Notes: generated by a model not told the origin, from the letters alone. A stretch of DNA of 61,276 nucleotides, filler included, from Globobulimina sp. (GCA_003354225.1; 19 parts of 19 records of this genome joined end to end with filler, not necessarily neighbours in it); one strand, 5' to 3'. Numbered from the whole stretch's first letter, positions 11,273 through 23,978 are shown. Numbers and translations: made by a program.

Positions 11273-12547
11273 ATGAAAGAATGGAGCATCGATCACTTAA
11301 ATGGATATATTGACTTGTCAATGGCTGAAAATTATTTATGTTCTGATTTATTATCTGCAAAATTGCAGCAAGCTCAAAAGGAAATTATTATCACAGACTC
11401 AACATTGTATTATCCAGCAAGAGAGCCTTACCAACCATTTGCAAAACGAATCGCAACTTTTATACATAAATATATTGCACCATCAACACCGCAGCCATTG
11501 GATACTTCCAATATAATAATTAGCAATGGTTTGAGTGCATTTATACCCATTTTATTGAGATGTATTTCCGAAGCAAACGATATTATATTAGTGCCACAGC
11601 CATATTTATCTGATTTTCTTTGGGATTTTCGCAAATTAAATACAAATGCAACAATCATCAAAATTGCAACAGACAGCAAGCATAATTATGAAATACAAGA
11701 GCAAGAATTGGATATTTTATATTCGAAATTTGGCCAAAAAATCAAAGCATTGTTCATAACTTCACCAAACAATCCATTGTCAAAAATATATTCCCACTGC
11801 ACGCTCACAATGATTATGAACTGGTGTTTCCATAAAAAAATACATTTCATTTCTGATGAAGTTTACGCACTGTGTTCGTTGGGAAAATCCAAATTTGTGT
11901 CTTGTTTGAATCCCATCTCAATGGAAAATAATTATTTTCATTTTTTGTATGGATTATCAAAAGATTTTTGTTTATCTGGATTAAGGATTGGTATTTATTA
12001 TACATTCAATCAGCAAATAATAAATGCTTTGAAAGTGTATTTTTATTCATTTAATGCGCCCATTTATACGCAACAATTAGTTTGCAATGTATTTTCAGAC
12101 AAACAATGGATAAATGATTTTATTGACATAAATACGTATCGATTGAGGAAACGCTGTGACTTTGCATTGGAATTGTTGCAGAAATATAAGATATCATATT
12201 ATCAGCCGCAATGTGGGCTATTTGTATGGATAAATATCGGTAAATGGCTAGGCGAAATAAGACAGATTTTAGTGCGAAAGTGGAGCATTGTTTGTAGTGA
12301 AAATTTATTGGAGCTCGAGAAATTGTTTTACTTTGAATGTTTACGCGATGCAAATTTATGTATTGCGCCTGGACAGTGTTTTGGAATGGATATTGGCGGA
12401 TATTTTAGGATTTGTTTTGCCTTTGGACAGAATGAGGAAATAATTAAACACGCTGTTCAACGACTTGCACTGCAAATGAATACTAGCCATTTCATCAAAA
12501 AAGTTGTAAATGTATCATTAACGCAATTAAAGCGTTCCAAATTGTAA
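11273..12547 (+). CDS. ACC-synthase-like class I/II PLP aminotransferase with PTS1 (-SKL)
   Basis: GYIDLSMAENYL, ITSPNNP, ISDEVY, YGLSKDFCLSGLRIG (PLP lysine), APGQCF, GYFRICFA; ends RSKL*. A possible upstream exon joins in frame through a 35-nt intron at 11213-11247. Confidence 0.85.
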   Translation: MKEWSIDHLNGYIDLSMAENYLCSDLLSAKLQQAQKEIIITDSTLYYPAREPYQPFAKRIATFIHKYIAPSTPQPLDTSNIIISNGLSAFIPILLRCISEANDIILVPQPYLSDFLWDFRKLNTNATIIKIATDSKHNYEIQEQELDILYSKFGQKIKALFITSPNNPLSKIYSHCTLTMIMNWCFHKKIHFISDEVYALCSLGKSKFVSCLNPISMENNYFHFLYGLSKDFCLSGLRIGIYYTFNQQIINALKVYFYSFNAPIYTQQLVCNVFSDKQWINDFIDINTYRLRKRCDFALELLQKYKISYYQPQCGLFVWINIGKWLGEIRQILVRKWSIVCSENLLELEKLFYFECLRDANLCIAPGQCFGMDIGGYFRICFAFGQNEEIIKHAVQRLALQMNTSHFIKKVVNVSLTQLKRSKL

Positions 12548-12552
12548 ATTAT

Positions 12553-12828
12553 TTACAAGCGAGTATTATATGATAATAATGTGAATTTTGTGTCTTTTGA
12601 AAGCAATGTAACAGCAGCTTTGTAAGTTGTTTGTTCGACATCAAATGCTTTGCCATAATCTGCTTCATTTATCTTATATGATAATGTGTGATTATTTAAA
12701 TTCAAAGTCATTTCAATAATATCTCCATCTTGCAATATTTTACCATATTTCTGTCCAAGGCTCCCTTCCTTGCCAGGATCAGATAAATATCCACGATTAA
12801 GTGCGAATGCATAACTTTGATTTAAAGT
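12553..12828 (-). CDS. SPRY/B30.2-like C-terminal domain, 5'-truncated
   Basis: YGKILQDGDIIEMTLNLNNHTLSYKINEADYGKAFDV...YKAAVTL fits the GD.I...LD.....LSF..NG...G.AF pattern. Confidence 0.55.
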   Translation of the reverse strand, partial: TLNQSYAFALNRGYLSDPGKEGSLGQKYGKILQDGDIIEMTLNLNNHTLSYKINEADYGKAFDVEQTTYKAAVTLLSKDTKFTLLSYNTRL

Positions 12829-12949
12829 NNNNNNNNNNNNNNNNNNNNNNNNNNNNNNNNNNNNNNNNNNNNTTAATTAATTAANNNNNNNNNNNNNNNN
12901 NNNNNNNNNNNNNNNNNNNNNNNNNNNNATTGCGACCTTAAAAACCCAA

Positions 12950-14797
12950 ATGCAAAACAACAATATCGATAATAATGCGGTGAATAATAACAGCAGTAAC
13001 AGAGTGAAAATGTACCAACAAGAAAACGAAGAGTTGAATGACAAGATCGATGCACAAAATAAGAAAATCAAACAACTAAAGAAGCAAATCAATGGTATGG
13101 AGGAAGAGAATGACGAATATAAAATAGCGATCAATACAAAGAGCGAAGAGATTAAATTATTGAAAGAGAGAATGGATTTAAACCTTCATTCTGAGGATGA
13201 CAAATCTAAGCAATTGCAGCAAGACAATGAATCGTTGGAGTTCCAGGTCGAAAAACAGAAGAAAGACATTAAACGCTTAAAAGCTGAGATTGAGGAAGAA
13301 CAGGAAAATGTGGATAGGTACATATATATTATGTGCTTTCTGTAATTATGTCTATTTGTAACAGGGCGGAGAAGGAGAAGAGGAAAATTAAGGCGGAAAT
13401 GAATAAAAAGGACGGCGAGATTACAATTTTAAGGCACAAATTAGTACTTCGCGAAGAGCGAAAAGATTTGGAGTCCGGCACTGAAAATGATCAAATCAAG
13501 AAACTGAAAGCAAACAATCAAGAGTTGGATGAGGAAAATATGAAACAGCAGCTACATATTAAAAATCTCAAAGAGCAAATCAATAATTTACAGGAAGATG
13601 TGGCCAAAGAACAGGACCATTTTCATCGCATTGAGGTGGAATTAGACAAAGAAAAATCATCCACCCAAAATTACCAGCAATTGAAGGACATCCAAACTGC
13701 GAAAATGGCGCAGAAAGAGAAGGAAATTGAAGCGTTAATGGACGAGAGACAGACATTAAAACAAGAAGTGATTTCAATCAATGCGTTGTTGCAGAAACAC
13801 GATATGGAAAAAGAGAAAATATCCGCCGAGAAACAGGCGTTGTTAAATAAAGTGGAAAAGGAGAAAAATAATCAGGTTGCGTTGATGCAGCAATTCGACC
13901 AAATGGAAAATAAAAAAGCGCGCAGTGTGGAAGGTGTGCAGAGCGAATTAGATTCGCTAAAAGCGAAATATTCAGCGTTGGGAGCGCAATGTGAAGAGAA
14001 TGAGAGTAAACACAATGTGCTTCTTAGCGGCAAAGAGCAAGAAATTGCAAAGTTGGTGGATGAAAATAAGAGTTTGCAGAAGAAAGTGCAGACTGAAAAG
14101 AACCATTTGGACGCTGTGTTGCTCGAAGTCACTCAATTGGGTATTTTGCATGTTTTGTATAGCCCGTTTTTGTTAATTATTTTGTATATTTTACACAGAG
14201 GAGGAACAAAAGCGAAATGAGAGGGACAAAGTGACCAAAATCGCGGTCAAAGCGAAGAACGATTTGAGTAAATTGAATGTGCAAATTGAGATATTGAACA
14301 GCGACGTCTTTCGGATGAAGTCTTTGTTGTTGCTGTCAAAATATGAGCAAGTGGGTAAGAAGAAATATTATGGTTTTTTGGATTTTGCAGCAAAAGATTT
14401 GAGTGATAAGGCCTTGGCCAATGTGTATAAGAAATTGAAGGTAAAAGATAAGATATCGGCCACCGCGTTGGCGCCGTTATTGGGTGTCATTGTTAAATTA
14501 TATATTATGCGATTGGGCAAATTGAAAACAGGCAAAGCAAAATCAAAAGGGGCGGATGTGGCCGTTGATCGGCGGGCGATCGAACATTTGGGTGTATGGA
14601 TTATTCGGCAACATTCGAGCAAGACAAACAAATCAGAAACTATCACGATAGTAAATGATGCGAATCAGCAAATTAAAGGTAGCTATGCGGTGTATGACGG
14701 TTATGTGTTGAAAAAGGAAATGGCGACTTTGTTTGCGCATTGGTGTATGGAGTATGTTGAGTGTCAAGGAAGACATGAAAACAGTCAATTAAAATAA
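12950..14797 (+). CDS. Long coiled-coil protein with unnamed C-terminal domain, 3 exons
   Basis: Introns 13318-13364 and 14141-14198 join three ORFs in frame; E/K/Q-rich heptads; C-terminal domain resembles that of 23979-25278. Confidence 0.75.
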
Positions 14798-15335
14798 GTT
14801 TTTGTGTGTATATATTATTACTAATATTTTTTTTCTCTTTTTTTTTTTGTCATAAATTTAATTTTTTTTGTTGAATTAGTTTTGATGGTTTTTCTCATAA
14901 ATTGCATGTAATTTTTTTTCCTTTCGAAATCCAGTGAAAAAAACTAACACGGAAACGAATTTTATACCCAACTGCATTGTCTGTCATGTGCGATAGCAAC
15001 AGTTTCATTTAGAAGTTTTGAAGATATTCAGTTAGACAGTGTGTTTGGTCATAAATGTACCACTTATTATTTTAACACTAGTTATATATATATATTACCA
15101 CTCACAAGAGTCACAACGAGTGATATAAGTGGAATTCTGAAATGGTATCACCAATCACATTCTAAAATGAAAATTGATATAAAATATTAACAGATTTATA
15201 ATATAATTTGCTAATTAAACATTGACAAAAAATAAACAAAATGTATAAACAATAAAAATTGAAAAGCGGAATTGACATAAATCGATTATATAATGTCAAT
15301 TTCGGTCAATTACCATTCAATCAAGTGTCTGTGTG

Positions 15336-16060
15336 TTATATTGAAAGTGTTTTAATTTTATTTTTATATTCAATTATCCTCGTTCGATGATCAATTTTAT
15401 GAATACCAATTTGTTTCAAATCCGACTCATCCATATCCAGTACAATCTCAATATCATCAAAACCATTTTTTATTAATATTTCAAAATATTCACTTAACTC
15501 AACAATATCGGACAACCAAATTCTTATTATATCGTATTCACTCATTTGTTGAATATTTACTTCATGTTTCTCAATTTCATTATGGATATCACTGATTTTT
15601 TGTGTTAATATGCTAATTTGTTGTTTCATTTCTAAAATACTCTGTTGATAAATTTGTTGATTATAACATAAAGATTGTATTTGTTGTGTTGCCTGTTGCA
15701 CATTTGCATTGAACTGACGTTTTAACGAATTAACATCATTCACTCGCATTTCTTCCGTTTGATTTAATCCATTCTTCATATTTTGTTTTATTTGATTAAT
15801 TTTTTGATGAATATTCGAAATAGTACTTGGATCTCGAATACATTTCACCCGATACTGATTCAACGATATCGATTCAACGAACTCAATCGTATTATTATTA
15901 TTATCTTTTACACCGCCACTTATACCATCTGTTTGTCCATATGCATGCATTTCCATCTATGTACAGATCCAAACCCATAATTTGTATAACGTATACATGT
16001 AAAATAAGTAACCTTTCGTATATAAATACCTGTTGTATATTATTATTTAATTTGTTTTTC
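15336..16060 (-). CDS. Coiled-coil protein with C-terminal SAM domain, 5'-truncated
   Basis: IRIWLSDIVELSEYFEILIKNGFDDIEIVLDMDESDLKQIGIHKIDHRTRII is a typical SAM domain; probable intron 15957-16029. Confidence 0.75.
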
Positions 16061-16160
16061 NNNNNNNNNNNNNNNNNNNNNNNNNNNNNNNNNNNNNNNN
16101 NNNNTTAATTAATTAANNNNNNNNNNNNNNNNNNNNNNNNNNNNNNNNNNNNNNNNNNNN

Positions 16161-18747
16161 ATGATCAATTACGAAAAGAAAAATTCTCATTATCCAATTC
16201 CAGCAAAACAAGTCAACATTCAGCAGCATTTTGGATTGATATCATAGATAAAATTAGTAAAGATCCTGCTTATCTAAAATATTTGGTTAAAAATAAAAAA
16301 ATGACTGTAAATGACGTAAATGGGGATGGCAGAACATTGCTAACTCTCTCTGCATTAAAAGGGTCATATGAAATGGTGCAATTTTGTTTAAATGCAGGCT
16401 CTGATATAAATCATAGAGATAATGGCGGTGAGTCAGCTTTAGAGCATGCAAAATCGAACGGATATTATCATGTTGAACAATTATTATTATTCAGTGAGAT
16501 GAATGTAACCATTGGCAATAAAATAAAAAATACATCAAATGTTATGAATAAACAAAAAGGTATAAATCAAAATATATTACAGCAATTAAAACAAATTGGC
16601 GAACAAACAAAACAAATATTTGAAACCACAATAATTGAATTACTTATTAACATAATTAATAAAAAACTTTCATTCGATGATGTATTATTAAACTTATGCT
16701 GGGATATCATATGCAATAATAATTTAGATCCGTTATCTTCTGATTTATGGAAAACATTATCAACAACGAGCAAAAACATAATTAAATCTGGCAGCAAAAG
16801 AGATTGGTATTGGTTTAAAACCTTTGTAGTGCCATCCACAGTTAATTTTGTAATGTTGTTTTTTGTTTTTGCAGTGCACATTGCATCGTGTATATACGTT
16901 TCCGTGTTAACGTTTCTGTTTTTTGTTTTGGTGTATATATAAAGATTTGGTTCAGGAAGATTCAGATCGCAGAAAAAAGTTATACGAAAGAAGAAAAATA
17001 TAACGAAACTGAGACCAAACAAGAGCCACAAGAAAATGACGCATATTATCTATATTTTGAACTGTTAAAATTAGTTGAAACCGAAGCAACATTGCAATTG
17101 AATGAATTGGATAAAAATCTGAATAAATTGGCAAATAAAAACAACAATGATTGGAAAGAGTTGGTTGAATGGGAGATACCAACCGAATATGAGACAGTGC
17201 GTCAAGATGGCATTCCAAATGGTATTGAATCGCAGTATACACGTTCGCAGTTATTAGAAAAATCAGGAGCTACATTTAATGCGCATAAATTTTACGATCA
17301 TAATCAATATTTGTCTGAATTAATATTATTAGCACAAATTGTTAATGATGATTTTCAAACATCTGTGCAAAAAATATTTAATATTAATGATGATCAAAAA
17401 ACTGATGCTGACAATGCTAAAATGGCAATAAAATATAGCAAAGGACCCGTAAAGTTAATAGAAAGAGCACGTGCTAAGGCAGAAAATGATTATTCTGATC
17501 AATTATATCCAACCTCAGCCTGTGTACTGGACATGAATCGATGTTCATTATTTTTCAATGATATAAATGCATTGTTAGCAGCTTTACAATTATTTGTGAA
17601 CAAAATCAAATACTTTCAATCAGGATCAATAATCGGCATTGTTCGGAACAAAAATGGTTTCAAAGATTATGTCAAACAGACACAATACGCAGATATTAAG
17701 TTGAACGTATTAATAAAAGGAAAAAAGAATAATATTATTGGAGAAGTTCAGTTTCTTTTGGAAATAATGAAAGATTACAAAGACAAAGCACATAATTTAT
17801 ATTCGATACAACGACAACGAGAATATATTGAAAATTCAGTGTCAAAAATATTACCGATGTTATTGGATGAAGAGAAACAATTATTTATTCGAGGAGATAT
17901 GAACGATGTGGTTGGATTATATCGTTTGATGACAATTAATAATTTTACGTATCAAGATTTGATAAAAAGAAACAAAGAAAATCAAACAATATTGTTACAT
18001 TCGTGCGAGCTCGGAAATAATAAAATATTTATGTTTCTGCAATCCATATTAAGTAAAGATTTATTTATTAAATATTTATTTTTATCCGCTATTTACGATG
18101 ACAAACCCATTGAAATGGCAATCATGGAAAGTAATGCATTTATTGTTCAAAATGTATTTAAAATGAAACAAGTGCAAGAAAAATATAATAACGATGATAA
18201 TGAATTGTTTCGTTTATTTTTTTGGTTATTTGCATTTAATAAAAGTAGTGATATTATTGATTATGTGTTGTCGATATTAAATATATCAAATGATAAAGTA
18301 TCGTCAATGATGAATTATAAATATCCAAAACCATTAAAACCACCTCCAAATGGAGCAGCCGTATATCATCGATATAACATAATTTGTGAAGTTGTAAAAT
18401 GGAATAAATTAAATGGCTTAAAAAAATTTATATCAATAGTTGGCGAGAAAACATTTATTGAAGGCACATTTATTGATGATGGTTATGGTAGAAATGCATT
18501 GGAATATGCAATTATAAAAAATAAATTGTATATAATGAAATATATGTTAACAATGAAGGATATCAAAGCAAAATGTGGCAATGATAAGGATATGTTATTT
18601 CAAATTATTTCAACTATAAATAAAAATTATAATGAATCAATGGTATTATGTATAATAAATTCGTTACAATTAAATGAAAAAACATTAAAAGAATTGCAAT
18701 CATACAAACAAATTGATATCACCAAAATATTGAATTTATGTAAATAA
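16161..18747 (+). CDS. Ankyrin / RelA-SpoT-like nucleotidyltransferase / ankyrin protein, 5'-truncated
   Basis: ANK repeats (GRTLLTLSALKGSYEMVQFCLNAGSDINHRDNGGESALEHA); intron 16841-16944; core GPVK..RARAK, LDMNR, RNKNGF, YADIKLN, GEVQ, AHNLYSIQR; C-terminal ANK-like repeats (NQTILLHSC, GRNALEYAI). Confidence 0.8.
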
Positions 18748-19391
18748 TTCTTCACTGCCTCTTTTATTGCTAATAAAAGAAAATCGTTACTAAGCATGCG
18801 AAAGTCCGTTGTTTCGTTATTAGTTGTTTATATAATAAAAATACCACAAGATTATAGTGCTGGTTTGTTTGATTTTTTTGAATCCACTGAAACGTTGATG
18901 AATGTGAATGTGTTTTTAAATGTTGACCAATAAAATAATAATATATGATCCCCCGTTACAAATAAATAATCACAAATAGTAAACTCTGTCATTAGCTCTC
19001 CGATAATGCTGCAAATTTTAAAAAACTTCTTGGACTAACTTCTTTTTTGTATTCAGTTCGAAAAGTCACACCTTGTGACAATGCAAAAAATTAGTAGTAT
19101 ATTTAATATCATCATTTTATTATTACGATTTTATTGTGGTTCATTGTCCGATACTATTAACTATGGAGAGTATTAAAATGCATTCCAAAAGACTCAAGTA
19201 CCTGAGCTGATATTCCATTGATGATCTCTTTTGAGCGTACGTTTCTGTAATAAATAGAATTGCCAATTAAAAAAATAAAACATTGTGAAATNNNNNNNNN
19301 NNNNNNNNNNNNNNNNNNNNNNNNNNNNNNNNNNNTTAATTAATTAANNNNNNNNNNNNNNNNNNNNNNNNNNNNNNNNNNNNNNNNNNNN

Positions 19392-20543
19392 AACCAGAAA
19401 GAATCGATTGAGGATAGAATACGTGATAAGGTGTGTTACGGTGTCAATTTATTACGAAAAAGCCGCGGCGGTCGAATATCGTCGCATGACAAACATTTCC
19501 TAAAATTCTTATTATGCTTTCAAAATGAAAGAAATTACGCTGAAATGCTGTATTCTTCCAAATTAGTTATGAATATATTGCGGAAACCGTTAGGTATGAT
19601 GTTGTACATTTAATTTTATTGTAATATTATTTTATATTTTTAAAATATATATGTATAAGATATTGAATATAAGCGATTGCAATCAATAAATTCAAACATA
19701 TTGACATTGCACGTTGAAGAAAAGGATGAATGTAAAGACATTTCGTCGATGCATTCTTTATTAGAATGGGATTATAACAAATGGTATGGAGCAAGAAAAG
19801 CGATGTTTTGGCCAAATGATTTGAAGCCGTTAGCTGAAGAATGGACAAAATTAGGTTTGAGATTAACTGATCCAGAATTTACTCAAATTCGTAGGAAAGG
19901 AATGTTGGAAACAGATCGATCATTTTGCTCCGCTGAGGATTTGGCCATGGAATATGTTAATTTAATCGCCTATAAATTGGATCCTTCCTTTCAGAAATCG
20001 ATGAAAAATTTATTTCGGCAAAATCGTGAGAAATTAAATCTAAAATTTCCGACAGGAAATGCAGACATTGGTGTCCAGTCAGGTCCCGTTAAGACCAAAG
20101 CGAGGCAAAAAATTAAAATCATATTAAAATATTTCACCAAAAAATCGCCGCAATGTATGAGTGTGTTAGATATTGTACGGTGCGCAATTGTGTGTGATGA
20201 CGATGTCGAATTATGTTCGTTGTTTGAATTGATTATGAATACATTTAGTGGGCAGATATTGAGAGTGAAAAACGCTTTTGATGATGTTAAAAAAGGTGAT
20301 GATTCGCACGGGTATAGAGCTGTTATGATAAATATTGCATTTGGCGATGAAAATGTATTGCCAAAAGGTTTTAGATTTGTATGTGAAGCGCAATTGTTAT
20401 TGAATAAATATTATCAAGTTCGAAAAAATATGCATTTGGGGTATGGAGTATGCAGATCTGAAGATGGCGGAATATCACAGAATAAAAAACCATATTATGT
20501 CTTGGCTCAAGATAGTTGCAAATTTGGTAAATTAGATATATAA
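19392..20543 (+). CDS. RelA/SpoT-like nucleotidyltransferase domain protein, 5'-truncated
   Basis: Intron 19594-19659; core GPVKTKARQKIK, LDIVR, RVKNAF, GYRAVMIN, CEAQ, MHLGYGVCR. Confidence 0.8.
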
Positions 20544-20725
20544 CTTTTTTCTTTTTTTGGTCACATTGAGTTTGTATATTTTATTTGTTTGTGTGCTCTC
20601 AATGTGATTTAATTAATATTTTTTTTATAAACGTTTTCGTTGAACTCGAGCTCGGAAAATAAATTAAAACAATCAAGATACAAATTAAATCCATCAATTT
20701 GTGAGTTAGTAGAAACATATAATAT

Positions 20726-22522
20726 TCATTCCAGTTTATTTTTAATCTTTTTTAAGAATTGAGAAATACGTAAAAACTTGGGACGTTGATTTGATTCATG
20801 TTTCCATAACATTTTCATTAATGTGGCTAAATCGGGTATTTGCTTCACAAATCTATATATATTATCAAATAATCATTATATAAAATATGAAAATACAACT
20901 TATTTTAACTGTAAATGGTTAATTTGTGGTCGTAATTGCTCAGTAACCACTTTAACACCGGCTTGTTTTGGCAATAAATGTGGATAAGGTTCCAATTCAC
21001 TAAATATTTCATATAAAGTAATTCCAAATGAGTAAGCATCTGTTTTCTCCGTATATTCATTGGTGATAATTGATTCCGGTGCCATCCATTTGATAGGTTT
21101 TCGATGATGTCGATGATTATTTTTAGATTGTTTCAATCGACTCATTCCTAAGTCAGACACCACCACTCTCCAATTCTCATCCACCAACAAATTACGCGCT
21201 GAAATATCACCATGAATCACATTCTGTTGATGCAAATGTAAAATACCCAACGATGCATCAATACACATTTCAAGCTTCAACTGCAGCGATAACTGTTTAC
21301 AATGTTTGCGTTTTTTGATAATATCATGCAACGATCCATGCAAATAATACTCTGCATATTTCATGTACAGTACAGTATATATATTGATATTATATTTGGA
21401 ATTATCATACCAGTCACAATACAAATTTCAGGCGCTGTGCAAAATCCGTACATTCGAGCAATATGTTTATGTCCACCCACTTTCTGCATGAGCGAAGCTT
21501 CGCGTTTAAAGTTTTCCAAATCTCTCGCAGACAAACTCAAATATTTAACATTCAACTTTTTAACCGCCACATCAATTCCATTGTATTTTGCTTTGAATAC
21601 CTGTCCAACACAGCCGCTTCCAATAAACTCCTGTTCTGTGAAATCTATATCATAATATTTGATCTCCTGTGGAACAAAACATTTCAGCAAACGAATGGTA
21701 CTGAACCTCTCAAAATCATCTGGCGACACACTCCCTACATTGATATTGTAGCAGTTGTCTGTTGATTTGTATATCATATCATCCTGAGTCGAATCGATAT
21801 CATTGTCATTTTTAGCACGTACAGATTCCAAATGATTCAACTCATATTCTGCCGGATAGGGGCAATCGCGTCGAAATGTTGATTTCTGCGTTGATATTTG
21901 TTGATAATCATTCATGTCATCCTCATCCATTTGGATTATAGTGGATCTATGCTGCATTTCGTGATTTTCATCCATGTGAATATCTGCAGAGATGTTACTG
22001 TTGCTGTTGCGCTCTCGAATGGTTTTGAATGCAGTGTCTATTAAGATTTCAGCTGTTTCTTCTGACGATTTACTGTATACAAATGATAATCGATTCTTTG
22101 TTGCCAGTTTTGTTTCAGGTGGAGTTAAACTTAAACTTTCTTCCCGATCCACATCTTGTTCTTGTTGTACATGTTGTGGTGGTGGTTGTGTTTGTGTCTT
22201 GCCATTAATATTAATGTTGTCAAATCGAAACGTATTATCTGAATCGCCGATTTTGCCGGGAATTGCCATGTATTGATATGTGGATACCTCTGATCGCAAT
22301 GTGCCACATTCAAATTGAGGTTTAGATGGTAGATCGGATGCTTTCTGCTTTGGAACAGCTCTTTTTTTTGATACAAAACGACATGAAATATAAGTGATGC
22401 TAACTGACAATAATAAGAATGATAAAAATGATATTACTACAATTACCCAGATATCTCGGTTTGCAAATGATGATAATGTTTGATTGGAGGAGTATATTAC
22501 AAATGAACCACAACTGTTGTTT
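20726..22522 (-). CDS. Single-pass receptor-like TKL/tyrosine-kinase-like protein kinase, 5'-truncated
   Basis: TM segment (IWVIVVISFLSFLLLSVSITYI), GSGCVGQV, VAVK, HGDISARN, DLG, PIKWMAPE, DAYSFG; introns 21352-21410 and 20853-20909; last exon QRPKF, stop at 20726. Confidence 0.9.
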
Positions 22523-22754
22523 NNNNNNNNNNNNNNNNNNNNNNNNNNNNNNNNNNNNNNNNNNNNTTAATTAATTAANNNNNNNNNNNNNNNNNNNNNN
22601 NNNNNNNNNNNNNNNNNNNNNNTTAAATACGCTTTATATTTTTTCAAAATTTGCCGGTTCGTTTTTATTGATTCTAAATTATGAAAAATGGATTTTTATC
22701 TGACTTGAATTGCTCCTTTTTTTGTAGATGTGCCATTGTAAACAAATGTTATTC

Positions 22755-23929
22755 TCAAATGGCTGATGTTTTATATTCCCATTCATTTCCTGCTTCATAT
22801 ATCAAATCTTCTTTTTGTTCTTTTACATTTAAATCAATGTCTTCATTTTCAATTTTATCCGATGTTGATCCAAAAACACTTTGTATGTCGATACATTTTG
22901 GTTTTTTTGCTTTTGGCAATGACTGCAATTCTTGTTCATTATGCTCCCTTGGACGCTTATGTCCAATTGTTTGTGTATGGCTACTTAATGATTTTAGAGG
23001 TGGCGGCGCACTTAAACTAACCCGATTATTTTTATTCTGTCAAAATTAAGCAGAAACAATTAAGCAGAATTTGCTGTTATCTATTTTGTATTTTTATAAA
23101 TTAATATACAAAATACCTCTTCAGCATATTGATGATTAGTGGCATATGCATTGGAACCGCCAGTCTGATATCGATAATAAGTTCTACACATTTGTTGACA
23201 ATACGCATTATGTATATATGTATTGTATGTCGGAGCATCCATATTTGTGTCGAGGTAATTATAACGTGGTTGACTTAAATTTATATTATATTTATTTTTA
23301 TTTTTATTAATATTATTACTCGAATTTGCATTTTTTTGCTTTGGAAGTGGTCCATACTCGCTCCAATATTTAATGATTTGCGATGGCTCAAATCCGGCTT
23401 CTAACTGTTTATCAAATGCACACTCTCGCAATATGACAACAAAAATATAAATGCCATCCTTTCGAAAAGTATTAAATTGCGTAAGCATATATGAAAAATC
23501 TCTATCAGCGGTGACCACAACCAAAACAACTGGCGTTGTTTTCTGTAAATTATATGCAGCAATGTAAGAAAAATCATTCATAATACGGGCATCGACTATT
23601 TCCACCCCCTTAGTATCTAATAATGTATACATCGAAAGTGCTGCGGAATTCATATTCTTTGAGGTTGTATGTTTGACCCGAAATGATTCAGTTCGATACA
23701 ATTTCCATTTCATTTCAATATGAATATTTTTATTTTTATTGTCAAATGGTAAACCTTTTCTAACTGATTGGATGATATTTTTTTTTATTACGGCTTGATC
23801 GTTTAAACTTTGATTTTCATAGTCCCAAAAAATATGGATAAATTCTGGTGGGGCAGGTGGGAAACTGAAGTTTCCTTCTTTTCGTGGCGATATATTGGGA
23901 GTTGGATTGTTGCTGTTTTGCTGTGACAT
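22755..23929 (-). CDS. NYN (PIN-like, MARF1/LabA type) domain protein
   Basis: IHIFWDYEN, VDARI, VVVTADRDFSYML; intron 23037-23116 leads to a low-complexity last exon ending at 22755. Confidence 0.7.
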
Positions 23930-23978
23930 GATGGCAAATGCTATTTAGATTCAAAAACAATCCACACCCAAACCATAA

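Noticed and set aside
15267-15304. 12-bp-stem hairpin as a terminator or ncRNA
   Set aside because: Short AT-rich stem in a eukaryotic 3' region; chance occurrence is plausible.
16161-20543. Two RelA/SpoT-like genes as a tandem cluster
   Set aside because: They are separated by a linker, and contigs are ordered by length, so the adjacency is coincidental.
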